The notes beneath the pieces were generated by a model. It was given only the letters and a program-made list of their open reading frames with translations, searched no databases and had not been told where the DNA came from. A stretch of 64,000 nucleotides of DNA, taken from NCBI RefSeq assembly GCF_013315695.1, contig NZ_CP054353.1; one strand, 5' to 3'. Positions 1-10,344 of this stretch are shown in pieces. The stretch's first letter is position 1; every line of letters starts with the position of its first letter. The translations under genes were made by a program, and so were the position numbers. The DNA is from Escherichia coli (GTDB taxonomy: Bacteria; Pseudomonadota; Gammaproteobacteria; Enterobacterales; Enterobacteriaceae).

Positions 1-2
1 CG

Positions 3-281
3 TTATTTTGTCATCTGCACGTATTTTTCTGCGCTCCTGATTGTTTTCAGGAAAAGAGCGAAGAGATTTACTGTGCGTCTTGAGTTCTTTTCATCCTGGT
101 TGATGGGAATTGAACCTCTGTCAGCCTGTCTTTTCACTGTGTTAACAGCTTGGTTAGTACGCTTTGCGTAATCTTTCAGGCTTTCTTCAAGTACTGGTAA
201 CCCATGCTCATCGCGGTAGGGATAGAACGCTGCTAAACGCTCAAAGTCTGCCTGTTCGTGTGTGTTCAGGACTTTTGCCAT
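3..281 (-). CDS. Phage early-region protein in the Cox/Apl position of a P2-type immunity region; 3' end runs off the window edge
   Basis: ORF starts at 281 and runs leftward to the window edge without a stop; transcribed divergently from the C-like repressor gene, as cox is in P2. No direct sequence resemblance to P2 Cox recognised. Confidence 0.4.
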   Translation of the reverse strand: MAKVLNTHEQADFERLAAFYPYRDEHGLPVLEESLKDYAKRTNQAVNTVKRQADRGSIPINQDEKNSRRTVNLFALFLKTIRSAEKYVQMTK

Positions 282-377
282 GTGTGATAACCTGCGCTAT
301 CTGTGGTTGTTTGTGATCTGGTGTACTTATAAGTACACCTTGTGCGCAAGCTTAGTGTACTTATAGGAACACTGTCA
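282..377. promoter_or_regulatory. Putative P2-type immunity switch region with candidate operator repeats
   Basis: 96-bp divergent intergenic region; perfect palindrome GTGTACTTATAAGTACAC at 321-338 and a second copy of GTGTACTTATA at 355-365, about 34 bp apart start to start. Confidence 0.4.
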
Positions 378-686
378 ATGCTTATCGGTGAAAAAATTAG
401 AGTGATTCGTGAATCAGAGGATTTAACGCGCGAAGAATTTTGCGGCCTGATTGATGTGCCTATCGGCACTTTGCGTCGTTATGAAACGGGGCGGATTGAA
501 AACATAGGGGGCGAAGTGCTTATCAAGATTGTTAATCACCCTCGCTTTTTTAAGTACATGAATTGGCTTATGACGGGAAAAACAAATGAGGCTGCTGGGC
601 AGATCAGTCCGTCTCTCTCCCCTGATGGGCCAAAAAGCACATCGCCTTCTCAAAAACCCCGCAAGACTGGCACACAGCCCGGCTAA
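378..686 (+). CDS. P2 C-like immunity repressor (small HTH protein)
   Basis: About 102 aa from ATG 378. C-terminal half (FFKYMNWLMTGKTNEAAGQISPSL...SPSQKPRKTG) resembles the recalled P2 C repressor tail (FTKYTLWFMTNQIAPESGQIAPAL...SGQKTG); N-terminus has an HTH-like segment. Lies immediately upstream of int on the same strand, as in P2. Confidence 0.75.
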   Translation: MLIGEKIRVIRESEDLTREEFCGLIDVPIGTLRRYETGRIENIGGEVLIKIVNHPRFFKYMNWLMTGKTNEAAGQISPSLSPDGPKSTSPSQKPRKTGTQPG

Positions 687-735
687 TCATGGAGCGCTGG
701 GGGCATGGTGGTCTTGTAACGCTGGGGTTTCACGA

Positions 736-1710
736 ATGAGCATAAAATCAATTCCGGGAGGATATCTTCTTGACATGCGCCCGGAGGGGCGTAAAGGCAA
801 ACGCATTCGTAAAAAATTTAAAACGAAATCGGATGCAGTTTTATATGAGCGGTGGGTGCTGGCGCAACAGCATAACAATGAGTGGAAAGGAAACTCCATT
901 GATCGCCGTCCGCTGTCAGTGCTTATTGACTTGTGGTGGAAATACCACGGTCAGCTAATGAAGTCAGGGCATAACACGCGCCTTAAATTGCTGCGCTTGA
1001 GTGAGGCAATGGATGACCCGTGCGTGCATAAACTTAATACAACGATGCTCACCGAGCTACGTGTGTCCAGGATAGAGCAGGGGATACAGCCCAGCACCAT
1101 AAATCGAGAGATTGGGGCGTTAAGCGCGATGTTTACCGCACTCATCTCATCCGGCCATTTTCTTAACGATAACCCCGTTCAAGGCCTTAAAGGAATGAAG
1201 GTTAACGAGCGCGAAATGGGATATCTGAGTAAGTCTGAATGTGTTCAGTTGCTGGATGCACTGGCTGAAAATCCCGATGAACGGCTGGCTGTCGAAATCC
1301 TTCTGTCGACCGGGGCGCGATGGGGCGAGGTAGCGGCACTGGAGCAGCGCCGTGTTCTTCATTGTCGAATCACTTTTTCAAAAACGAAGAACAGCAAAAA
1401 CCGTACCGTTCCTATTTCTGAAAGCCTGTTTGAAAAGATCAAAAAACGGGGCGGGAAACTGGTGTTTCCGACGCTGGATTATCCATTGGTTCGCGATGTC
1501 ATCAAAACGGTCGCACCTGATGTTCCTGACGGCCAGGCTGTTCATGCGCTGCGCCACACCTTCGCCAGTCATTTCATGATGAACGGCGGCAATATTCTGA
1601 CGCTCCAGAAAATTCTGGGGCACGCAAAGATTCAGACAACGATGATTTATGCCCATCTTGCGCCGGATTACTTGCAGGATGCGGTGAGATTTAATCCTAT
1701 TGCTGGGTAA
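736..1710 (+). CDS. int: P2-family tyrosine integrase
   Basis: 324 aa from ATG 736 (MSIKSIPGGYLLDMRPEGRKGKRIRKKF...). Shares extended motifs with the recalled P2 Int (NDPC, GIxPSxINR, LSTGARWGEA, HALRH-FA-HFM-NGG-I-TLQ-ILGH, YAH-APEYLQDA). The 586 start in the ORF track overlaps the repressor gene and is rejected. Confidence 0.9.
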   Translation: MSIKSIPGGYLLDMRPEGRKGKRIRKKFKTKSDAVLYERWVLAQQHNNEWKGNSIDRRPLSVLIDLWWKYHGQLMKSGHNTRLKLLRLSEAMDDPCVHKLNTTMLTELRVSRIEQGIQPSTINREIGALSAMFTALISSGHFLNDNPVQGLKGMKVNEREMGYLSKSECVQLLDALAENPDERLAVEILLSTGARWGEVAALEQRRVLHCRITFSKTKNSKNRTVPISESLFEKIKKRGGKLVFPTLDYPLVRDVIKTVAPDVPDGQAVHALRHTFASHFMMNGGNILTLQKILGHAKIQTTMIYAHLAPDYLQDAVRFNPIAG

Positions 1711-1720
1711 GGAGGATGTT

Positions 1721-2116
1721 GTGGAAAAAACAGTTAATAGCGATTTGCATTTAGGTCAGTACTGGAGAATAGACATTGTCTGCGATCCAGAACTTCGAGA
1801 TGAGGTTGAGCAATATTTTTCTCGACACGATGTTGGTTTTAGCAAAATTGAAGTTTTTTCCGTCGAAAATCCATATAAACTTGCTCTGTTCTTTGATTTC
1901 GCGAAGAAGGGTGTGGAGGTTGCAAAAGCCATTATGGGACTCTTAGACCGAAATGATATTGAAATAACGATGTATCGTGCTACGGACAGTAGCCCGCAGT
2001 CTGTAAAAAGCATCAAATTGCGTAAGTCTGAAGACGTAGAGAAATGTAAAGATTTGCTTAGTACGTGTGTCGCAATTGGCGTTCAACGAAATAAGGAAAA
2101 AGAGGGGAGCGAATGA
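1721..2116 (+). CDS. Hypothetical prophage cargo protein, about 131 aa, acidic, no recognisable domain
   Basis: ORF in the track starts at TTG 1700; GTG 1721 is preceded by GGAGG (1711-1715) and is the likelier start. Lies between int stop and the host junction. Hand-counted GC of sampled lines is roughly 33-43 percent, against more than 50 percent in adjacent int. Confidence 0.5.
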   Translation: MEKTVNSDLHLGQYWRIDIVCDPELRDEVEQYFSRHDVGFSKIEVFSVENPYKLALFFDFAKKGVEVAKAIMGLLDRNDIEITMYRATDSSPQSVKSIKLRKSEDVEKCKDLLSTCVAIGVQRNKEKEGSE

Positions 2117-2222
2117 TCCACAAAGTGACCACATCCCTGTTATTTGTTGTGGTTGGCTGTGTTTTTGTGTGTCTGTAAGTCTTTGATAATTATCTAACTT
2201 ATTGATTTTTGTTTGTGTTTAT

Positions 2223-2249
2223 GGCCGCTCTGCGGCCTTTTTTCTTTTC
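2223..2249 (+). terminator. Rho-independent terminator
   Basis: GGCCGC-TCTG-CGGCC hairpin followed by TTTTTTCTTTTC. Confidence 0.6.
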
Positions 2250-2305
2250 ACTGTCGAAGAGTCACCGTAAAATCAACGCCATGACACTTCAGCAGAACGG
2301 ATACC

Positions 2306-3286
2306 ATGCTGACACTTGCCCGCCAACAACAGCGACAAAATATTCGCTGGTTATTATGCCTGTCAGTTTTGATGCTGCTGGCGCTTCTCTTAAGCCTTTG
2401 CGCCGGTGAACAATGGATCTCGCCAGGTGACTGGTTTACTCCTCGTGGCGAACTGTTCGTCTGGCAAATTCGCCTGCCACGTACGCTGGCTGTATTGCTG
2501 GTTGGTGCGGCGCTGGCTATATCCGGCGCTGTAATGCAGGCGTTGTTCGAAAATCCTCTGGCAGAACCTGGACTACTTGGCGTCTCTAACGGCGCAGGCG
2601 TGGGGCTTATCGCCGCGGTATTGCTTGGGCAAGGGCAACTCCCCAACTGGGCGCTGGGGCTGTGTGCGATTGCTGGCGCGCTTATCATCACTTTAATACT
2701 CTTACGTTTCGCCCGTCGTCATCTTTCGACCAGTCGGTTATTGCTGGCTGGCGTTGCATTAGGGATTATCTGTAGCGCACTAATGACGTGGGCTATCTAC
2801 TTTTCCACCTCTGTTGATTTACGTCAGCTGATGTACTGGATGATGGGCGGTTTTGGCGGCGTAGACTGGCGGCAAAGCTGGCTGATGCTGGCATTGATCC
2901 CCGTGTTGTTGTGGATCTGTTGTCAGTCCAGGCCAATGAATATGTTAGCACTTGGCGAGATCTCGGCGCGGCAACTGGGTTTACCCCTGTGGTTCTGGCG
3001 CAATGTGTTGGTGGCAGCGACCGGCTGGATGGTTGGCGTCAGTGTGGCGCTGGCGGGTGCTATCGGCTTTATTGGTCTGGTGATCCCACATATTCTCCGG
3101 CTGTGTGGTTTAACCGATCATCGCGTATTACTTCCCGGCTGCGCGTTGGCAGGGGCGAGCGCATTGCTGCTGGCCGATATTGTAGCGCGCCTGGCATTAG
3201 CTGCCGCAGAGCTGCCTATTGGCGTGGTCACCGCAACGTTGGGTGCGCCGGTGTTTATCTGGTTATTGTTAAAAGCAGGACGTTAG
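2306..3286 (+). CDS. btuC: Vitamin B12 ABC transporter permease
   Basis: 326 aa, [15 protein letters not shown]..., multiple TM segments; K-12 gene order btuC-btuE-btuD. Confidence 0.95.
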   Translation: MLTLARQQQRQNIRWLLCLSVLMLLALLLSLCAGEQWISPGDWFTPRGELFVWQIRLPRTLAVLLVGAALAISGAVMQALFENPLAEPGLLGVSNGAGVGLIAAVLLGQGQLPNWALGLCAIAGALIITLILLRFARRHLSTSRLLLAGVALGIICSALMTWAIYFSTSVDLRQLMYWMMGGFGGVDWRQSWLMLALIPVLLWICCQSRPMNMLALGEISARQLGLPLWFWRNVLVAATGWMVGVSVALAGAIGFIGLVIPHILRLCGLTDHRVLLPGCALAGASALLLADIVARLALAAAELPIGVVTATLGAPVFIWLLLKAGR

Positions 3287-3348
3287 CCGCAAAAAGACGG
3301 TCTATGATTAAAAGCTAAGATTTTTACTGACCACACCCAGGAGAAACG

Positions 3349-3900
3349 ATGCAAGATTCCATTCTGACGACCGTAGTGAAAGATATCGACGGTGAAGTGA
3401 CCACGCTGGAGAAGTTCGCCGGTAATGTGCTGTTGATTGTCAATGTCGCCTCAAAGTGTGGCTTAACGCCGCAATATGAGCAGTTGGAGAATATTCAGAA
3501 AGCCTGGGCCGATCGTGGTTTTGTGGTGCTGGGATTCCCGTGCAACCAGTTTCTGGAACAAGAACCGGGCAGCGATGAAGAGATTAAAACTTACTGTACC
3601 ACCACATGGGGGGTGACGTTCCCGATGTTCAGTAAGATTGAAGTTAATGGCGAAGGACGCCATCCGCTGTATCAAAAATTGATTGCCGCAGCGCCGACCG
3701 CAGTCGCGCCGGAAGAGAGCGGATTCTATGCCCGTATGGTCAGCAAAGGTCGTGCACCGCTGTACCCTGATGATATTTTATGGAATTTTGAGAAATTTTT
3801 AGTTGGCAGGGACGGATTGGTCATCCAGCGTTTTTCCCCGGATATGACGCCGGAAGATCCCATTGTGATGGAAAGCATTAAACTGGCGTTGGCAAAATAA
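3349..3900 (+). CDS. btuE: Glutathione peroxidase-family protein
   Basis: 183 aa with GPx motifs (VASKCG, WNFEKFL). Confidence 0.95.
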
Positions 3901-4649
3901 TGTCTATTGTGATGCAGTTACAGGATGTTGCGGAATCTACCCGCCTGGGGCCGCTTTCTGGCGAGGTTCGGGCTGGGGAGATCCTGCACCTGGTGGGGCC
4001 GAACGGCGCGGGTAAGAGTACCTTGCTTGCACGAATGGCCGGAATGACCAGCGGTAAGGGAAGCATTCAGTTCGCGGGGCAACCACTGGAAGCATGGTCC
4101 GCAACAAAACTCGCGCTGCATCGCGCCTATCTTTCACAACAGCAGACGCCGCCGTTTGCAATGCCGGTCTGGCACTACCTGACACTGCATCAGCACGATA
4201 AAACGCGTACCGAACTACTGAATGATGTCGCAGGGGCGCTGGCTCTTGATGACAAACTCGGACGTAGCACCAATCAACTTTCCGGCGGCGAATGGCAACG
4301 CGTACGTCTTGCTGCGGTGGTGCTGCAAATCACACCACAAGCCAATCCCGCAGGCCAATTACTACTTCTTGATGAGCCTATGAACAGTCTTGATGTTGCG
4401 CAACAAAGTGCATTAGACAAAATTCTGAGCGCGCTGTGTCAGCAAGGACTGGCGATTGTGATGAGCAGTCACGATCTCAACCATACATTGCGTCATGCGC
4501 ATCGGGCGTGGTTGCTAAAAGGTGGAAAAATGCTGGCCAGTGGACGCAGGGAAGAGGTGCTCACGCCGCCAAATCTGGCGCAGGCCTATGGGATGAATTT
4601 TCGCCGTCTGGATATCGAAGGTCACAGAATGCTGATTTCGACCATCTGA
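3900..4649 (+). CDS. btuD: Vitamin B12 ABC transporter ATP-binding protein
   Basis: 249 aa, Walker [10 protein letters not shown], signature LSGGE; start overlaps btuE stop by 1 nt. Confidence 0.95.
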
Positions 4650-4726
4650 TTTCATTAGTATCTTGAAAATCGGGTAATTACGACGCTAAATTAATGCAAG
4701 AATAAAAAACAGAGGAACCGTACGGA

Positions 4727-5191
4727 ATGCGTTTCTGCCTTATTTTGATCACAGCACTGTTTCTGGCCGGGTGTAGCCACCATAAAGCACCGCCGCCAAA
4801 TGCCAGACTTTCTGATTCGATTACCGTTATTGCCGGTTTGAACGACCAGCTACAGAGCTGGCATGGCACGCCGTATCGTTATGGTGGCATGACGCGGCGC
4901 GGTGTGGACTGTTCGGGGTTTGTGGTTGTGACGATGCGCGATCGTTTCGATTTGCAGCTGCCCCGAGAAACCAAAGAACAAGCCTCTATCGGCACGCAAA
5001 TTGATAAAGACGAGTTGCTGCCTGGTGACCTGGTCTTTTTCAAAACGGGCTCCGGACAAAATGGTTTGCATGTAGGTATTTACGATACCAACAACCAATT
5101 TATCCACGCCTCTACCAGCAAGGGAGTGATGCGTTCCTCACTCGATAATGTTTATTGGCAGAAAAATTTCTGGCAGGCGAGACGAATCTAG
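4727..5191 (+). CDS. nlpC: NlpC/P60-family lipoprotein
   Basis: 154 aa, lipobox LAGC, Cys-containing NlpC/P60 core (GVDCSGF). Confidence 0.9.
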   Translation: MRFCLILITALFLAGCSHHKAPPPNARLSDSITVIAGLNDQLQSWHGTPYRYGGMTRRGVDCSGFVVVTMRDRFDLQLPRETKEQASIGTQIDKDELLPGDLVFFKTGSGQNGLHVGIYDTNNQFIHASTSKGVMRSSLDNVYWQKNFWQARRI

Positions 5192-5203
5192 TATGTCGAA
5201 AAA

Positions 5204-5233
5204 TTGACGGCGATGATACATCGCCGTCAATTT
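5204..5233 (+). terminator. Rho-independent terminator after nlpC
   Basis: TTGACGGCGATG-ATAC-ATCGCCGTCAA hairpin followed by TTT. Confidence 0.6.
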
Positions 5234-5437
5234 ACTCCAGAATACAGTAGTATTTTGCAGACAAAAATTCCGTAAATGGATTATTCGTTTATAATCAGGA
5301 TAATCTAAAAAAAGGACCCCTGAAAAAGTGGTTAACATGGAACAAATGAAAGTTACTCCTTCTGTAATTGTTATGTCTTATGGCCTCATCCCTTTTAGCC
5401 GGATACTGAAAAACATCCTTCGAGAGGGACGGTTACC

Positions 5438-6106
5438 ATGAAGATTTTTTTGGAGAATCTTTATCATTCTGATTGCTATTTCCTGCCGATAAGAGATAAC
5501 CAGCAAGACCTTGTCGGCGTTGAGTTAATTACCCATTTCTCCAGTGAAGATGGTACGGTTCGTATACCGACGAGTCGGGTTATAGCGCAACTTACCGAGG
5601 AGCAACATTGGCAATTATTTTCTGAGCAGTTGGAATTGCTAAAATCATGCCAACACTTTTTTATTCAACATAAACTCTTTGCCTGGCTTAATTTAACCCC
5701 ACAAGTGGCTACTTTATTATTAGACAGGGATAATTACGCGGGCGAACTATTAAAATATCCGTTTATTGAACTGTTGATTAATGAGAATTACCCGCATCTC
5801 GATGAAGGAAAAGATAATCGCGATCTTTTGTCCTTATCGCAAATGTATCCCCTTGTGTTAGGTAATTTGGGCGCAGGCAATAGCACAATGAGAGCGGTTT
5901 TTGATGGTCTTTTCACCCGCGTCATGCTGGATAAAAGTTTTATTCAGCAACAAATCACGCATCGCTCCTTCGAACCGTTTATTCGTGCGATCCAGGCGCA
6001 AATTTCCCCATGTTGCAATTGCATCATCGCGGGGGGCATTGATACGCCAGAAATAATGGCACAGATTACCCCCTTTGATTTCCATGCTCTCCAGGGATGC
6101 CTGTAG
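5438..6106 (+). CDS. ydiV: Anti-FlhDC factor YdiV (EAL-like), ending at an in-frame TAG that appears premature
   Basis: 222 aa MKIFLENLYHSDCYFLPIRD...; stop TAG at 6104-6106 is followed by 14 in-frame sense codons (PAVPVNQITTLVQR) and TAA. K-12 YdiV is recalled as 237 aa. Confidence 0.85.
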   Translation: MKIFLENLYHSDCYFLPIRDNQQDLVGVELITHFSSEDGTVRIPTSRVIAQLTEEQHWQLFSEQLELLKSCQHFFIQHKLFAWLNLTPQVATLLLDRDNYAGELLKYPFIELLINENYPHLDEGKDNRDLLSLSQMYPLVLGNLGAGNSTMRAVFDGLFTRVMLDKSFIQQQITHRSFEPFIRAIQAQISPCCNCIIAGGIDTPEIMAQITPFDFHALQGCL

Positions 6107-6174
6107 CCTGCCGTTCCTGTAAATCAGATAACGACGTTGGTTCAGCGATAACCCTCCTGTTTGCTGGTGTTTAA

Positions 6175-7650
<1,476 letters not shown>

Positions 7651-7653
7651 AGG

Positions 7654-7845
7654 CTACTTGGTCAACAGCAGCTTGCCAGCCTGAGTTTTACGGAGCAGAT
7701 ATTCTTGCCCGTCATGATCGATAATCAGTTTGCCATCCGGACCTAACAGTGTCTGGCTGGTAATTCGCCGAATGGGCTGCGGGGAAGCGGTCTTGTGATT
7801 GGCATCCGTTTCAGGCGTGAGTTTTCTGCTATCCGTATAACGCAT
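7654..7845 (-). CDS. ydiE: HemP/HmuP-like small protein YdiE
   Basis: 63 aa from internal Met ([18 protein letters not shown]...KLLLTK); the 72-aa ORF in the track has a 9-aa extension. Confidence 0.8.
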   Translation of the reverse strand: MRYTDSRKLTPETDANHKTASPQPIRRITSQTLLGPDGKLIIDHDGQEYLLRKTQAGKLLLTK

Positions 7846-7850
7846 AAAAA

Positions 7851-7895
7851 TTAATAATAATTGATATAACAATAATTCTTATTATCAATATTCTG
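7851..7895 (-). promoter_or_regulatory. Putative Fur box upstream of ydiE
   Basis: Minus-strand reading GAATATTGATAATAAGAATTATTGTTATATCAATTATTATT contains overlapping GATAAT/ATTAT hexamers resembling the Fur consensus. Confidence 0.4.
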
Positions 7896-7976
7896 GCGGG
7901 CCAGAGCAAGCAGTAATGTGTTGAGAAGACAACAAGTTGCGCGGAAATGCCCATCCCATCAGGAATGGGCACGCAT

Positions 7977-9023
7977 TCAGAAGCGGGTATCTACCGCAGA
8001 GGCGAGTTTTTCGACCAGGCGTTCGGTATCTTCCCAGCCCAGACACGGGTCGGTAATGGATTGACCGTAAGTGAGCGGCTGACCGCCGACGATTTTTTGC
8101 GTTCCTTCGCGCAGGAAACTTTCCGCCATAATTCCAGCAATCGCCGTAGAGCCATTGCGGATTTGCTGACAAATATCCTCACAAACTTCTAACTGGCGAC
8201 GGTGCTGCTTCTGGCAGTTACCGTGGCTGAAATCCACCACCAGATGTTCAGGTAAATCAAACTCGTGCAGCGTATCGCAGGCTGCGGCGATATCATCGGC
8301 ATGATAATTCGGTTTTTTGCCGCCACGCATAATAATGTGGCCATACGGGTTGCCGCTGGTCTGATAGATGGTCATCTGACCATTTTTGTCTGGCGAGAGG
8401 AACATATGGCTGGCGCGGGCTGCGCGGATAGCATCCACAGCAATCCGCGTGTTGCCATCGGTACCATTTTTAAAACCTACCGGACAGGAGAGTGCCGAAG
8501 CCATTTCACGGTGGATCTGACTTTCGGTAGTACGTGCGCCAATCGCGCCCCAACTGATTAAATCAGCAATAAACTGACCGGTCACCATATCGAGGAACTC
8601 AGTCGCGGTAGGGACGCCCAGCTCATTTACCTGTAAAAGTAATTTGCGCGCCAGCTCCAGACCGTGATTTACCCGATAGCTACCGTTTAAATCTGGATCG
8701 GAGATTAGTCCTTTCCAGCCGACAACAGTTCGTGGTTTTTCAAAATAGGTGCGCATTACGATTTCCAGCCGTGACTGGTACTGGTTGCGCAGCGACTGCA
8801 GACGGGTGGCGTACTCCATTGCAGCGGTGAGATCGTGGATCGAGCAGGGGCCAATAATGACCAACAGTCGCTTATCTTCACCATTGAGTATTTTTTCAAT
8901 TCTGCGGCGGGAGTCGGTGACATGGGTGGCGACGCCAGTCGTTACGGGATACCGTAGCGCGAGTTCGGCGGGCGTTACCAGGCTCTCAATACGCGCAGTA
9001 CGGAGTTCGTCAGTTCTGTTCAT
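7977..9023 (-). CDS. aroH: Trp-sensitive DAHP synthase
   Basis: 348 aa MNRTDELRTARIESLVTPAEL...; class I DAHP synthase. Confidence 0.95.
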   Translation of the reverse strand: MNRTDELRTARIESLVTPAELALRYPVTTGVATHVTDSRRRIEKILNGEDKRLLVIIGPCSIHDLTAAMEYATRLQSLRNQYQSRLEIVMRTYFEKPRTVVGWKGLISDPDLNGSYRVNHGLELARKLLLQVNELGVPTATEFLDMVTGQFIADLISWGAIGARTTESQIHREMASALSCPVGFKNGTDGNTRIAVDAIRAARASHMFLSPDKNGQMTIYQTSGNPYGHIIMRGGKKPNYHADDIAAACDTLHEFDLPEHLVVDFSHGNCQKQHRRQLEVCEDICQQIRNGSTAIAGIMAESFLREGTQKIVGGQPLTYGQSITDPCLGWEDTERLVEKLASAVDTRF

Positions 9024-9168
9024 TACAAGTCTCAGAAATTTGTTGCTTCTACGGCAGGACTACCGGGAAGTGATGCGCATCACGATAAACCAATCGCAGC
9101 TGATTTCAAGTGCGAGGTGTGTCACACCTCGCCGGGTGGTTAGCATGATAACAAAAAAGCAAGCCAAT

Positions 9169-9186
9169 GCACTAGTTTTCTAGTAC
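9169..9186 (-). promoter_or_regulatory. Putative TrpR operator (aroH)
   Basis: GCACTAGTTTTCTAGTAC, near-palindromic match to the Trp box core ACTAG; overlaps the ppsR stop codon. Confidence 0.5.
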
Positions 9187-10013
9187 ATTCGACGGCTAAG
9201 GCCCATGATATCGAGGATCTTGGTGGCAATCTCTTCTACCGAATAATTGGTACTGTTAATCCACGGGATCTGATTTTTACGGTACAACGCTTCCACTTCC
9301 GCGACTTCCATCCTGCACTGACGAAGCGAGGCATAGCGACTGTTCTCCCGACGTTCCTCGCGAATCGCCGCCAGACGTTCCGGGTCGATAGTCAGGCCGA
9401 ACAATTTGTGCTGAAGCGGTTTGAGCGACGCGGGTAGCACCAGATTATCCATATCGTCGGCAATAAAGGGGTAGTTTGCCGCGCGGATACCAAATTGCAT
9501 TGCCAGATACAGACTGGTGGGGGTTTTACCACAGCGAGAAACACCGAGCAGGATCACCTGAGCCTGGTCCAGATTGCGCAACGAAATGCCGTCGTCATGG
9601 GCAAGGGTGTAATCAATCGCCGCAATACGCGCATCATATTTATTGAGGTTATTAGGGTTCAGGCCATGGGTACGATGAGCAATCGGCGTGGGATCCAGTT
9701 TCATCTCTTGTTGTAGCGGGGCAACCAGCGCCTGAACGATATCCTGGCAAAAGCCCTCACTTTGCAAGATGATGGCGCGAATCTCCGGCAACACGATGGA
9801 GTAGAAGACCAGCGGGCGCACACCTGTCTGGTGATAAATTGCGTCAATCTGATCCTTCACTGCCCGTGCACGGCTCTCATTTTCGACAAACGGCAGCGTA
9901 ATGCTGCTGATAGTGACGGGAAATTGTGACATTACTGCGTGTCCTAATACCTCCGCAGTTATTGCCGTACCATCAGAAATATAAAAAACGTGGCGATCAA
10001 CAGCATTATCCAT
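9180..10013 (-). CDS. ppsR: PEP synthetase regulatory protein (kinase/pyrophosphorylase)
   Basis: 277 aa, P-loop GVSRCGKT, divergent from ppsA. Confidence 0.95.
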
Positions 10014-10244
10014 TTTGTTCTTCCCGTGATGCAGACATAATTCTATGAAAGCATAAATTAAAAACGCACAGAAGCGTAGAACGTTATGTCTGGTTTATAA
10101 AATGAAACTTAAATTTTATTTTTTATGAAAACAGCATTTCATTTTTATGGTTTCGTTTATACCGATGGTTTATGTGGAAATTGTCGAAGAGAGCAGATTT
10201 GCGCAACGCTGGGATCAGTCTTAAAAAGTAAAAAATATATTTGC

Positions 10245-10259
10245 TTGAACGATTCACCG
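10245..10259 (+). promoter_or_regulatory. Putative Cra (FruR) site upstream of ppsA
   Basis: CTTGAACGATTCACC resembles the Cra half-site arrangement TGAA-N-G/ATTCA; position upstream of ppsA. Confidence 0.35.
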
Positions 10260-10344
10260 TTTTTTTCATCCGGTTAAATATGCAAAGATAAATGCGCAGA
10301 AATGTGTTTCTCAAACCGTTCATTTATCACAAAAGGATTGTTCG

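Noticed and set aside
586-735. N-terminal extension of the integrase ORF (374-aa form in the track)
   Set aside because: It overlaps the C-like repressor gene in another frame. The P2 Int-like sequence begins at the Met at 736, giving the expected length of about 324 aa.
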